Assembly: GCA_964481465.1 (NCBI GenBank)
Contig: CAYZTL010000003.1
Span: 65,717-129,716, forward strand
Origin: an uncultured Anaerolineales bacterium
Lineage (GTDB): Bacteria > Chloroflexota > Anaerolineae > Anaerolineales > UBA11858
Direction: 5' to 3'
DNA: 64,000 bases
Shown here: positions 47,144 to 55,555 of the stretch, in pieces
How the letters are laid out: the number at the start of each line of letters is the position of its first letter
Position numbering within the stretch: position 1 is the stretch's first letter
Translations under genes and position numbers: made by a program
The notes under the pieces: model-generated
What the model saw: the letters and a program-made list of their open reading frames with translations, nothing else
The model's database searches: none
What the model was told of the DNA's origin: nothing

Positions 47144-48613
47144 ATGTCCGATAAAACTGGTTTTTACGATCGATTAAACCTTTCCCCGAATGCCTCTGAG
47201 AGTGAGATAAGAAGAGCGTACCGCCGGGCTGTGAAAAGGACGCACCCGGATGTCAACAAACGGGATGGAGCAACGAGATTATTCCTGGACATCCAGGAAG
47301 CATATAAGATCTTATCCGATCCCGAACTGAAAAGAGCATATGACGAAGGGAGGGAACCCACGGAGCCCTCCCGGGTCAAAACAGCAGTGACCTACAGCAG
47401 GCCCACCCTGTACAGGATGGATGAGCCGCAAATCATTTACGCCCTGCTGCACATCATCACCACCCAAAAACAAGAGGAAAACCCTGAACTCCCCATTAAC
47501 ATTGCCATCGTCCTCGATACCTCCACTTCCATGCAGGGGAGGCGCCTGCAGCTTTTAAAAGCAGCGACGAGAGAGATTACCAGGGACCTTAACGAAGAAG
47601 ACCGGTTTTCCATTATCACCTTTAATGACCGTGCCAACGTCCTCATCCCCAGTTACCATGAACGAAACACCTCCCAAATCGAGGCGAAAATCAACAGCCT
47701 GATCGCGGAAGGGGGAACGGAGATCTTTCAAGGGCTGGAAGCTGGATTCCATGAGATCAGGAAAGCGATCACCAGTAATTATGTCAACCACATCATTCTG
47801 ATCACTGATGGCCATACATATGGCGACGAGGGAAAATGCAGGGACTTAGCTGAAAGGGCTGCTGACCTGGACATCGGCGTGAGCGGGTTGGGCATCGGCA
47901 GCGAATGGAACGATGAGCTCATAGACGAGATCACAGCCACGGCAGGCGGTCAAAGCGTTTACATCGAACGCCCAAAAGAGGTCAAGGATTTTTTAGAGGG
48001 CACGATCGCAAACCTCAAAAAATCGTATTCAAGGAACATCACCTTGAACGTCAATGAATCCTCCGGGGTAAATGTGCTCTCCGTGTTCCGTCTTCTACCC
48101 GAAGCGCTTCCCCTCTCCCCTCAACCCCAAATTCGACTCGGGACATTGAAGTACGATAAACCGCACCAATTGCTGTTAGAGTTATTGGTGAAACCTCTCC
48201 CCGATCAAATCGAGACTTTCTTAATTGCCGATACCAGTTTACGCGTCAAGTGCAGGAATTCATCCTTCAATATCCCCATCGCCCTCAACCGTCCCATTAC
48301 CTCTCAAAAGGAGGATATGAAACCTCCTCCCGAAATGCTTTACCGGGCCATTTCCCGGCTCACGCTTTATCGACTGCAAGAAAAGGCGAAAGATGATCTC
48401 GAGAAAGGGAAGCCGGATGTCGCCTACCAGCGCATGATCAACCTCGCCTCGCATCTGATGTCAAAGGGTGAAGACAACCTTGCCAGGGTAGCCATGAAAG
48501 AAGCGGATCATATCAAATCACACCACACATTCAGCCCGGATGGGAAAAAACAAATCAAATACGGCACCAGGAGAATGATGTTGCCCAGGAATGTTTCCTC
48601 AGAGCAGCCATGA
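47144..48613 (+). CDS. J-domain (DnaJ-like) - von Willebrand factor A domain fusion protein
   Basis: The J domain reads FYDRLNLSPNASESEIRRAYRRAVKRTHPDVN...AYKILSDPELKRAYD (HPD motif). The vWA MIDAS reads VLDTSTSM...GGTEI...ILITDG. ATG 47144 lies 7 nt after the PP2C stop. Confidence 0.88.
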   Translation: MSDKTGFYDRLNLSPNASESEIRRAYRRAVKRTHPDVNKRDGATRLFLDIQEAYKILSDPELKRAYDEGREPTEPSRVKTAVTYSRPTLYRMDEPQIIYALLHIITTQKQEENPELPINIAIVLDTSTSMQGRRLQLLKAATREITRDLNEEDRFSIITFNDRANVLIPSYHERNTSQIEAKINSLIAEGGTEIFQGLEAGFHEIRKAITSNYVNHIILITDGHTYGDEGKCRDLAERAADLDIGVSGLGIGSEWNDELIDEITATAGGQSVYIERPKEVKDFLEGTIANLKKSYSRNITLNVNESSGVNVLSVFRLLPEALPLSPQPQIRLGTLKYDKPHQLLLELLVKPLPDQIETFLIADTSLRVKCRNSSFNIPIALNRPITSQKEDMKPPPEMLYRAISRLTLYRLQEKAKDDLEKGKPDVAYQRMINLASHLMSKGEDNLARVAMKEADHIKSHHTFSPDGKKQIKYGTRRMMLPRNVSSEQP

Positions 48614-49131
48614 TCACTTGCAAAGTCTGTAAAAACCAAGAATACACCGGCGCCATTTTTTGCAGCGAATGTGGTTCTTCCCTGCTTGCGGATTTCCATC
48701 TTGATGAAGACACGATCGTTTATCCCCGCAAAGAGGGAGAACCCAAATATATAACCATCTCCCATCCTGAAGATTCAGTCCCGGAAGGAAATATCGCCTT
48801 ATACCTGCCTGATTACGAGACTTATTTGGATATTCCAGAACAGGATGAATTCACTTTGGGGCGTTTGATTGAGGGGCAAGTGATCACTCCGGACGTCGAT
48901 TTGAACCCGTATGATGCATACGAAAACGGCATCTCCAGATTACACGCCACGATTAGAATGAATCCCAAGAAGGGCTCCATTCAGGTATTAGACTTGGGTT
49001 CCGCAAACGGTACCAGCGTGAACGGCTATGAAATCCCAGCCAACTCAGAAGTCCCCCTTTCAAATGGAGATATTTTAACCTTGGGTACACTGCATTGCAA
49101 AGTCATCATCCCCGACCAGATAGAATCTTAA
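48610..49131 (+). CDS. zinc-ribbon + FHA domain protein
   Basis: 173 aa. CKVCKNQ...CSECG is followed by an FHA core (FTLGR...ISRLHATI...VLDLGSANGTSVNG...L.NGDILTLG). There is an ATGA overlap with the upstream gene. Confidence 0.88.
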   Translation: MITCKVCKNQEYTGAIFCSECGSSLLADFHLDEDTIVYPRKEGEPKYITISHPEDSVPEGNIALYLPDYETYLDIPEQDEFTLGRLIEGQVITPDVDLNPYDAYENGISRLHATIRMNPKKGSIQVLDLGSANGTSVNGYEIPANSEVPLSNGDILTLGTLHCKVIIPDQIES

Positions 49132-49144
49132 TGGGAAGAAAACT

Positions 49145-49387
49145 ATGTCCACATCCATCATCCTGCATATTCAAAATACCGAACCGGTCTTGGGAGAAGT
49201 TGAAGAACTCCCCGAACCAACCGACACCATGGTGAAAGTCAGCAATCCTCGCCAGCGCGACGGCAAAGACCTGATCTTTCTAGAACATAACGTGGTCACC
49301 GTTTATTGGCCGATTGCCCGGATCAACTTCATTGAAATCCTGCCAGGAGAAGAGGAAGAAGAAGTGATTAGCTTCGTAAGAGAGTAA
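49145..49387 (+). CDS. small acidic hypothetical protein (80 aa)
   Basis: It sits 13 nt after the FHA gene and 5 nt before the response-regulator gene. Composition is coding-like, but I recognise no domain. Confidence 0.6.
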   Translation: MSTSIILHIQNTEPVLGEVEELPEPTDTMVKVSNPRQRDGKDLIFLEHNVVTVYWPIARINFIEILPGEEEEEVISFVRE

Positions 49388-49392
49388 AACGT

Positions 49393-50148
49393 ATGTCACC
49401 CAATTTGTCAAAATACAAGATCCTCGTCGTTGATGATGAAAAACGGATGGTTCGTTTCATTCAGTTGAATTTGGAACAAGACGGTTTCCAGGTGGTCACA
49501 GCCTATAACGGGAAGGAAGCCTTAGATCAAGTGCGGACGCAATTACCAGACTTGGTGTTATTAGATATTATGATGCCCGATATCGACGGGTTCGAGGTCC
49601 TGAAGAAAATTCGCGAGGTGAGTGAAGTCCCAGTGATCATGCTCACCGCAAAGGGGGAAGAAGATGATCGCGTGAAAGGTCTCGAATTGGGCGCTGACGA
49701 CTACATCACGAAACCTTTCAGCCCCCGAGAATTGGTGAGCAGGATCAAAGCTGTCCTCCGACGAACGAAAACTTTTCAAGAGGACCAAGTCGATATCGTC
49801 GAAGTGGATGACCGTTTGAAAATCGACTTCTCCCGCCGGGAAGTGTGGGTGGAGGGGGAAAAAGTCGATCTCCGCCCTACAGAATACAGGCTGCTGTACC
49901 ACTTGGTTAAAAATGCCGGATGGGTGAATACGCATGAGCAGTTGTTAACCAAAGTGTGGGGATTTGAATACCGCGACGAACCTCATTATGTCCGGCTTTA
50001 CGTCAACTATCTGAGGAAAAAACTCGAAAAAGATCCCTCTAATCCCGAATACATCCTCACGGAAAGGGGCGTGGGGTACCGCTTTGTTGATTTCCGCAGG
50101 GAGGATGAGGGCGAAAAGAAGGACCAAGAGAACGAAAAAGCCGGCTAA
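49393..50148 (+). CDS. OmpR/PhoB-family response regulator (receiver + winged helix)
   Basis: 251 aa. ILVVDDE...[11 protein letters not shown]...MLTAKG...[10 protein letters not shown], with a C-terminal LTxxEYRLL...GVGYRF. No histidine kinase gene is nearby. Confidence 0.92.
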   Translation: MSPNLSKYKILVVDDEKRMVRFIQLNLEQDGFQVVTAYNGKEALDQVRTQLPDLVLLDIMMPDIDGFEVLKKIREVSEVPVIMLTAKGEEDDRVKGLELGADDYITKPFSPRELVSRIKAVLRRTKTFQEDQVDIVEVDDRLKIDFSRREVWVEGEKVDLRPTEYRLLYHLVKNAGWVNTHEQLLTKVWGFEYRDEPHYVRLYVNYLRKKLEKDPSNPEYILTERGVGYRFVDFRREDEGEKKDQENEKAG

Positions 50149-50399
50149 GGGATTGTGACCTTAGCACACCTCAGCACCCTTAACCAAGGCCTCTTAATCC
50201 GTTTATATATTTCATAGATTCATCGGTTATCATTGTGTATGAGTGAAGAAAATGAAGGTGAATGAATGATTTGCGATATAATGGATAGCGAAAGACGGTA
50301 AGAATAACTCACCTTTCATTCGCTTTATGAGTTAACAAAAAACCTTGTCTGTTTGGCACTCTGGGGGATTTCAATCCAGAGTCCGCAGGGAGATAAAAA

Positions 50400-51071
50400 A
50401 TGACCATACAAAGGATTTTATTAGTTGATGATCACGAGGTCGTGCGCTTGGGGTTAAAATCCCTTCTCAATCGACACACCAAATTCCAAGTCGTCGCGGA
50501 AGCCAAAACCGGTTCCGAAGCTGTAGCGAAAGTAGAACAGTACAATCCGGATATCGTGATTATGGATATCCGGTTGCCTGGTGGATCCGGTATTGAAGCC
50601 TGTGAAGAGATCACGGAAAAATACCCCGATACCAGAGTGATCATGTTGACTTCCTATGCGGAAGATGAAATGCTTTTCTCATCCATCCGTGCAGGAGCCT
50701 CAGGATACGTGTTAAAGCAAGTGGGGAATGAAGAGTTAGTGGACAAAATTGAAGCGGTAGGACGGGGAGAAGCGATCCTGGATCCGGCCGTTACCCAGCG
50801 GGTTTTCAAAGAAGTCAGAAAAGCCGCTCGTGAGGAAGAAGCCTCCGCTTTTTCTGATCTCACAGACCAAGAGAAACATGTCCTGATCCATGTTTCAGAA
50901 GGGAAAACCAACCGGGAAATCGCCAAAACCCTTTACCTAGGCGAAGGGACAGTCCGGAATTATGTCAGCAGCATCTTATCCAAACTGGATGTCAGCAACC
51001 GAGCGGAAGCTGCTGCATACGCGGTGAAGCACAACCTCCGCAACCACTTGGTCCATCTGACGAAGGACTAA
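50400..51071 (+). CDS. NarL/LuxR-family response regulator
   Basis: 223 aa. [11 protein letters not shown]...[10 protein letters not shown]...LTS, plus the [46 protein letters not shown]. Confidence 0.92.
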   Translation: MTIQRILLVDDHEVVRLGLKSLLNRHTKFQVVAEAKTGSEAVAKVEQYNPDIVIMDIRLPGGSGIEACEEITEKYPDTRVIMLTSYAEDEMLFSSIRAGASGYVLKQVGNEELVDKIEAVGRGEAILDPAVTQRVFKEVRKAAREEEASAFSDLTDQEKHVLIHVSEGKTNREIAKTLYLGEGTVRNYVSSILSKLDVSNRAEAAAYAVKHNLRNHLVHLTKD

Positions 51072-51094
51072 GCTCGATCAAGAACACAATATCG

Positions 51095-51129
51095 ATGAAG
51101 AATGGCGACGTGCCATTCTTCATTTTTTC
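51095..51129 (+). terminator. rho-independent terminator after the NarL-type regulator gene
   Basis: ATGAAGAATGGC/GCCATTCTTCAT forms a 12-bp perfect stem with a 5-nt loop, followed by TTTTTT. Confidence 0.85.
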
Positions 51130-51595
51130 ATTCCTGGGGAGGTTGGTCCACTTTCAGGTAATTCGACACCGCCCAACCATTTCTACCTGGGTTTGCAGGG
51201 GCTTCTAAATACCACCACTGGTATCCATCTTCTTCCACCGGCCCATCCTGGACGTGAAAGACCTCGTCTTCTAATCCCAGGTAATTGATCTCCGCATTCA
51301 AGGAGGGCTGAACCCGGAGGCGAAGGCCTTTCCCCCCTGTGCCTTCGATCTTCACATATCCACCTAACGCAATCTTTCCACTGGGAACAGGGGATGGGGC
51401 CTGCTCCTTTTCCGGAAGGGATGGTGTGGGAGTTTCCGTGGGACGTGGAATCACCGTTAATTCCGCCTTTCCCCGAAATTGATCCTGTGCAGGTGCTGGT
51501 AAACCTTCGACCCACAAGAACAATCCCAAAAGAAGAAGGGAACTGACTACAATTGATCCGAAAATCACCCAGGGGTTCAAATACTCCTTGATCAT
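51128..51595 (-). CDS. membrane-anchored bacterial SH3-domain protein
   Basis: 155 aa. An N-terminal TM helix and Pro-rich linker precede the SH3b-like GGYVKIEGTGGKGLRLRVQPS...GWAVSNYLKV. There is an ATGA overlap with the upstream lipid-kinase gene. Confidence 0.7.
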   Translation of the reverse strand: MIKEYLNPWVIFGSIVVSSLLLLGLFLWVEGLPAPAQDQFRGKAELTVIPRPTETPTPSLPEKEQAPSPVPSGKIALGGYVKIEGTGGKGLRLRVQPSLNAEINYLGLEDEVFHVQDGPVEEDGYQWWYLEAPANPGRNGWAVSNYLKVDQPPQE

Positions 51596-52533
51596 CCTTC
51601 CTCACTAAATAATTCGTGAGTGTATTTTTGGGGGACCAACACTTGCAGCCCGTGGGGGTTAATCTCTACCACCGCGTCCTCACTCTCAGGCAGCGGTTCG
51701 CCATCTACCTGCAGGTACAAAGGGGTGTTGGAATGAAATTCCACCTTTGTACAGGAGAAATGTTTCACTTTTTTGGCATCAAAATGCTGCCCGGAGTACA
51801 ACATCCACATGTGCCGCACGGTCTCCGCAAGCGTTTTTCCTGCAAAAAGCCATAAGTCCATTTTGCCGTCGTCGATTTTCGCACCCGGGCTGATTTCCGC
51901 AATGCCCCCAGCGTAAAGGCGGACATTGGTTATCAGAGCAAGCAGGTATGTCCCTTCAATCACCTGACCTTCAATGATGATCTGGATCTCCATCCCCGGC
52001 CATTTGCGGGCAAACCAAGCTGCATTTGCCGCATATTGCGGGATCGCAAAATTTTTTTCCCACCGCGTCCTGGGTTCGATGTGGTGGACCACAAAAGCAT
52101 CAAACCCCACACCTGCCCACAGTAAATAAGGGGTTCCCCGGCACAAGCCCACATCCACCGAGCGCGTTTGCCCTTCCGCGAGCATCCTCGCGCTTCTCTC
52201 CAAAGCCGTCAAATTCGTCCATGACAGGATAGGAAGACCAAGTTCCTGGGCCCAGACATTGGCAGTTCCAGCTGGCAGGACCCCCAAGGCCGTGTCTCCC
52301 CCCATCAAGCCTGCAACGGTTTGGTTTATGGAGCCATCTCCTCCCGCAACAAATAGGGCATCTAAGCGGTCCTTCACCGCTTGTTCAGCCAGAGATGTCG
52401 TGTGATCTGCTCCATGGGTTCGTTCTATGTTGATCTCCCACCCTTTATCCCGCAGCACGTTCGCAGCCCGTTCCACCATGGGTTTTGAAGGAAAACGACC
52501 TGCCATTGGATTGTATACGACCATTCCGCGCAT
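51592..52533 (-). CDS. YegS/BmrU/DagK-family lipid kinase
   Basis: MRGMVVYNPMAGRF..., FVAGGDGSINQ and LGVLPAGTANVWA are present. ATG 52533 follows GGGGAGGG. The track ORF extends to 52608. Confidence 0.85.
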   Translation of the reverse strand: MRGMVVYNPMAGRFPSKPMVERAANVLRDKGWEINIERTHGADHTTSLAEQAVKDRLDALFVAGGDGSINQTVAGLMGGDTALGVLPAGTANVWAQELGLPILSWTNLTALERSARMLAEGQTRSVDVGLCRGTPYLLWAGVGFDAFVVHHIEPRTRWEKNFAIPQYAANAAWFARKWPGMEIQIIIEGQVIEGTYLLALITNVRLYAGGIAEISPGAKIDDGKMDLWLFAGKTLAETVRHMWMLYSGQHFDAKKVKHFSCTKVEFHSNTPLYLQVDGEPLPESEDAVVEINPHGLQVLVPQKYTHELFSEEG

Positions 52534-52657
52534 GGCAAAAATGCCCTCCCCACCTTCCCATAAACGATGCCAATACTCAAGTTTACTGTAACACACCAAC
52601 ACCGTCAATCAGGTAGTGGTACAATCCAATCAGATTCAAAGACAGAGGACAAGGCAC

Positions 52658-53662
52658 ATGGAAAACGTGTTAAATGAACGCTACCGGATGGAAAAACAAT
52701 TGGGATCCGGGGGGATGGCCATTGTCTACCAGGCGACGGATCTCATGCTCGAGCGCACCATCGCCATTAAGGTCTTAAAAGAAAATTTCTCAAGCTCTCC
52801 CGCCTTCCAAGAACGTTTCAAACAGGAAGCGAAAGCCGCCGCAAACCTATCTCATCCTAACATCGTCACCGTCCATGATTTCGGATTGGACCAGAATCGT
52901 CTGTTCATTGTCATGGAATTCGTGCCGGGAACGGACCTAAAGCAGCTCATCAAAGAATCCGAAGGCGGACTGCCCATCGAAAAGACCTCCCGCTTGTTCA
53001 TTCAAGCCTGTGCTGGTGTAGGGTACGCCCACCGCGCAGGCCTCATCCACTGTGACATCAAACCGCATAACATGTTGATCACACCGGACAACCGCTTGAA
53101 AGTCACCGACTTTGGTATCGCACGCGCGTTAGCATCCATAAATCCAGAAGAACGCACCAATGCCATTTGGGGTTCCCCCTCCTACTTCTCCCCAGAGCAG
53201 GCTGCCGGGGCGCCACCCTCCCCAGCCTCTGACGTGTACAGCCTGGGTATTGTGCTGTACGAAATGGTCACAGGAAGGCTCCCTTTTCCTCCCACAAATC
53301 CAGAGCAAGCGGCCCTTGATCACCGCTTGAAAGACCCCCCTTCCCCCCGAGAATTCAACCCCCAGATCTCTGAGGAGTTGGAAAAAATCATCCTCAAAGT
53401 CCTCTCCAAAGAACCCAGCGCTCGCTATCGCACGGCAGACCAGCTGGGGCGGATTATGATCAACTTCACCCAAGCCGAGCAGAAAAAACCCGGCGCCTAT
53501 CACATGCCAGCTCGCTCTGAAGGGGAACCATGGGTTCTGGAACGAAAGGAAAAGGATGCCAGCATTAATTGGGTCACCATCCTGGTTGGCCTCCTGGCTC
53601 TCATCGCCGTAGGAGGGCTGATCCCTTTCTGGATGTGGGTATATTTTACGATCAATCCCTGA
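52658..53662 (+). CDS. Hanks-type Ser/Thr protein kinase with C-terminal TM anchor
   Basis: MENVLNERYRMEKQLGSGGMAIVYQATD, AIKV, HCDIKPHN, DFGIA and SPEQ are present, with a TM helix at the C-terminus. ATG 52658 is preferred over the track GTG 52616. Confidence 0.9.
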   Translation: MENVLNERYRMEKQLGSGGMAIVYQATDLMLERTIAIKVLKENFSSSPAFQERFKQEAKAAANLSHPNIVTVHDFGLDQNRLFIVMEFVPGTDLKQLIKESEGGLPIEKTSRLFIQACAGVGYAHRAGLIHCDIKPHNMLITPDNRLKVTDFGIARALASINPEERTNAIWGSPSYFSPEQAAGAPPSPASDVYSLGIVLYEMVTGRLPFPPTNPEQAALDHRLKDPPSPREFNPQISEELEKIILKVLSKEPSARYRTADQLGRIMINFTQAEQKKPGAYHMPARSEGEPWVLERKEKDASINWVTILVGLLALIAVGGLIPFWMWVYFTINP

Positions 53663-53962
53663 CCTCACAACCCGGCAGGCGAAAACAAAGTCCACCTAAA
53701 AGCCAAGCTCAGGGGTGAAACGATTCCCCTCCGAATGGTAATATCCTCTGAATCAGGTAAGGCTTGTATCCCTTCCTTAGAAAATGGCAAATGAACCTCT
53801 CCAATAGGAGGGAAATCCACCTGGACTCCGTGCCCCCCGATAGGGAAAACCTCTCTGATGCGCGCTTCACCGCCCTCCCGAAAAGAAGACCCACCTCAAA
53901 AGAGCCTGAAAATGATATAGTATAATGTGGCTTTGCATGAGAAAACGAGGAAGATAGGAATC

Positions 53963-54628
53963 ATGAAGGAAGGATACCTTATTGCCCCATCCATCTTATC
54001 CGCAGATTTTACCCACCTTGGCTCCCAGATCACAGAAGCTGAAGGAGGCGGAGCGGATTGGATTCACATCGATGTCATGGACGGTCATTTCGTGCCCAAT
54101 TTGACCATGGGACCATTTATCGTCGAGACATGCGCGGAGATCACCTCTCTCCCCCTGGATGTTCACCTCATGGTCGAAAACCCGGAGTCTTTACTTTCCG
54201 ATTTTTCCCAGGCCGGAGCAGACACCCTCACCGTCCACATCGAGGCCTGCCCTCACATTCACCGCACCCTGCAGACCATCCATGATCTCGGGTGCAACGC
54301 AGGGATCACGCTCAATCCCGGCACACCTGCAAACAGCCTTGAAGCCGTGTTACCTTTTGTGGACCTGGTGTTAGTCATGACCGTCAATCCAGGCTACTCA
54401 GGACAATCTTTCATCCCAGAGATGATCCCCAAAATCGCCCAGATCCGGAATATGCTTGATGAGGTCAACCCGGCTGCGAAAATCGAAGTAGATGGCGGGA
54501 TAAACCCCCAAACCATGCCCAAAACGATAGACGCGGGGGCAGAGGTCTTCGTCGCCGCCAGCGCCATTTTTGATCACCCCCAAGGAATCCAGGTGGGGAT
54601 TGCTGCTATGCGTGATGTGCTGCCTTAG
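53963..54628 (+). CDS. rpe: ribulose-phosphate 3-epimerase
   Basis: MKEGYLIAPSILSADF...IHIDVMDGHFVPNLT...DVHLMV...VNPGYSGQ is canonical Rpe. Confidence 0.93.
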   Translation: MKEGYLIAPSILSADFTHLGSQITEAEGGGADWIHIDVMDGHFVPNLTMGPFIVETCAEITSLPLDVHLMVENPESLLSDFSQAGADTLTVHIEACPHIHRTLQTIHDLGCNAGITLNPGTPANSLEAVLPFVDLVLVMTVNPGYSGQSFIPEMIPKIAQIRNMLDEVNPAAKIEVDGGINPQTMPKTIDAGAEVFVAASAIFDHPQGIQVGIAAMRDVLP

Positions 54629-54647
54629 ATGGGTAATTAAAAAGAAG

Positions 54648-54688
54648 GATGGGTTACAATACACAAAAGCTGTCGTTTGTAACCCATC
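54648..54688. terminator. hairpin between convergent rpe and rpmB (terminator, U-run on the rpmB side)
   Basis: GATGGGTTACAA/TTGTAACCCATC forms a perfect 12-bp stem with a 17-nt loop. CCTTCTTTTT follows on the minus strand. Confidence 0.7.
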
Positions 54689-54718
54689 GAATGCGGTAAT
54701 GTATGTCGTTCTACGTGA

Positions 54719-54898
54719 TTATACTTTGGTCAGCGTCCGAATACAACGCGTGCATAAAGTTTTCCGAACCTTCTTCCCATCTTCATAGACGGTCACTTTC
54801 TGCAGATTCGGTTTGAACTTTCGCTTCGTCGCTTTTTTCGACCAAGGACGATTTTGCCCAAACTGTGTTGTTTTTCCACAATGCTCGCATTTAGCCAT
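54719..54898 (-). CDS. rpmB: 50S ribosomal protein L28
   Basis: [35 protein letters not shown]... is classic L28. The start is ATG 54898. Confidence 0.92.
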   Translation of the reverse strand: MAKCEHCGKTTQFGQNRPWSKKATKRKFKPNLQKVTVYEDGKKVRKTLCTRCIRTLTKV

Positions 54899-55151
54899 AC
54901 TAATTCCTCGCAATACCTATGAGAAAAATTTCTCCTTACGGTTACCCACAGCAAATGAGTCACGAATTTTCACAAAACTCATTATAACAAACAGGGGTTT
55001 CCCCTTGTCAAGCCCGCCCATCATACCATAAAGGCAACGAACTTACAAGAACGCCCCTACGTCTGACGTGTTATCATCTTTGGAGAAAGGCTAAAATAGA
55101 CACAATGTATTCGATCAGGAAACCAATCATCATTAGGACGGAGAAAATTGC

Positions 55152-55508
55152 ATGAATAATGAAACTACAACCCTTGGTGAAATTCACATTACCCCCCAAG
55201 CGATTGCGTCCATTGCTTATCAGGCTGTTCAACGCTCCTATGGTGTGGTCGGTTTAGCCTCTAAAAACATCGCTGATGGTTTGGCCCATGCCCTTGTGCA
55301 TGACCCCACCCACGGCATTGATGTTGAATATAAGGACAACGTGATTAACATCGATGTCTACATCATCATCGAATACGGCACAAGGATCAAATCCGTTGCG
55401 GCCAGCGTTGCCAATACGGTGCGATACCAAGTTGAGAAATCTCTTGGATTGCCTGTCAACGAAATAAACGTCCATGTGCAGGGTTTGAGAATCAGTAACG
55501 ACGAGTGA
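55152..55508 (+). CDS. Asp23/Gls24 family envelope stress protein (YloU-like)
   Basis: 118 aa. ITPQAIASIAYQAV...GVVGL...INIDVYIIIEYG..I..VA..V...V is the Asp23 pattern. Confidence 0.88.
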   Translation: MNNETTTLGEIHITPQAIASIAYQAVQRSYGVVGLASKNIADGLAHALVHDPTHGIDVEYKDNVINIDVYIIIEYGTRIKSVAASVANTVRYQVEKSLGLPVNEINVHVQGLRISNDE

Positions 55509-55555
55509 CCCATGGAAAAGTCAAGCTTGGGCAAGGATACCAGGAGCGTTTTTTG

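Noticed and set aside
50239-50265. 8-codon mini-ORF (MSEENEGE) in the AT-rich spacer, a possible leader peptide
   Set aside because: It has no RBS and no regulatory-codon logic. An ORF this short is expected by chance.
51183-51605. Alternative 140-aa frame overlapping the SH3-domain gene
   Set aside because: The 51128-51595 frame has a TM helix plus an SH3b-like domain and an ATGA coupling to the upstream gene. The alternative frame is Arg/Gly-rich with no features.
53129-53695. 188-aa minus-strand ORF
   Set aside because: It lies entirely antisense to the well-supported Ser/Thr kinase gene (52658-53662). Its sequence is low-complexity and Gly/Arg/Trp-rich, typical of a shadow ORF.
53663-53962. 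300-bp non-coding gap upstream of rpe as a possible small RNA (SRP, 6S or similar)
   Set aside because: It contains only short hairpins (e.g. AGGGG-N10-CCCCT). I could find no conserved SRP domain-IV or 6S-like features, so it is more simply a promoter/leader region. It could still be scanned with Rfam.
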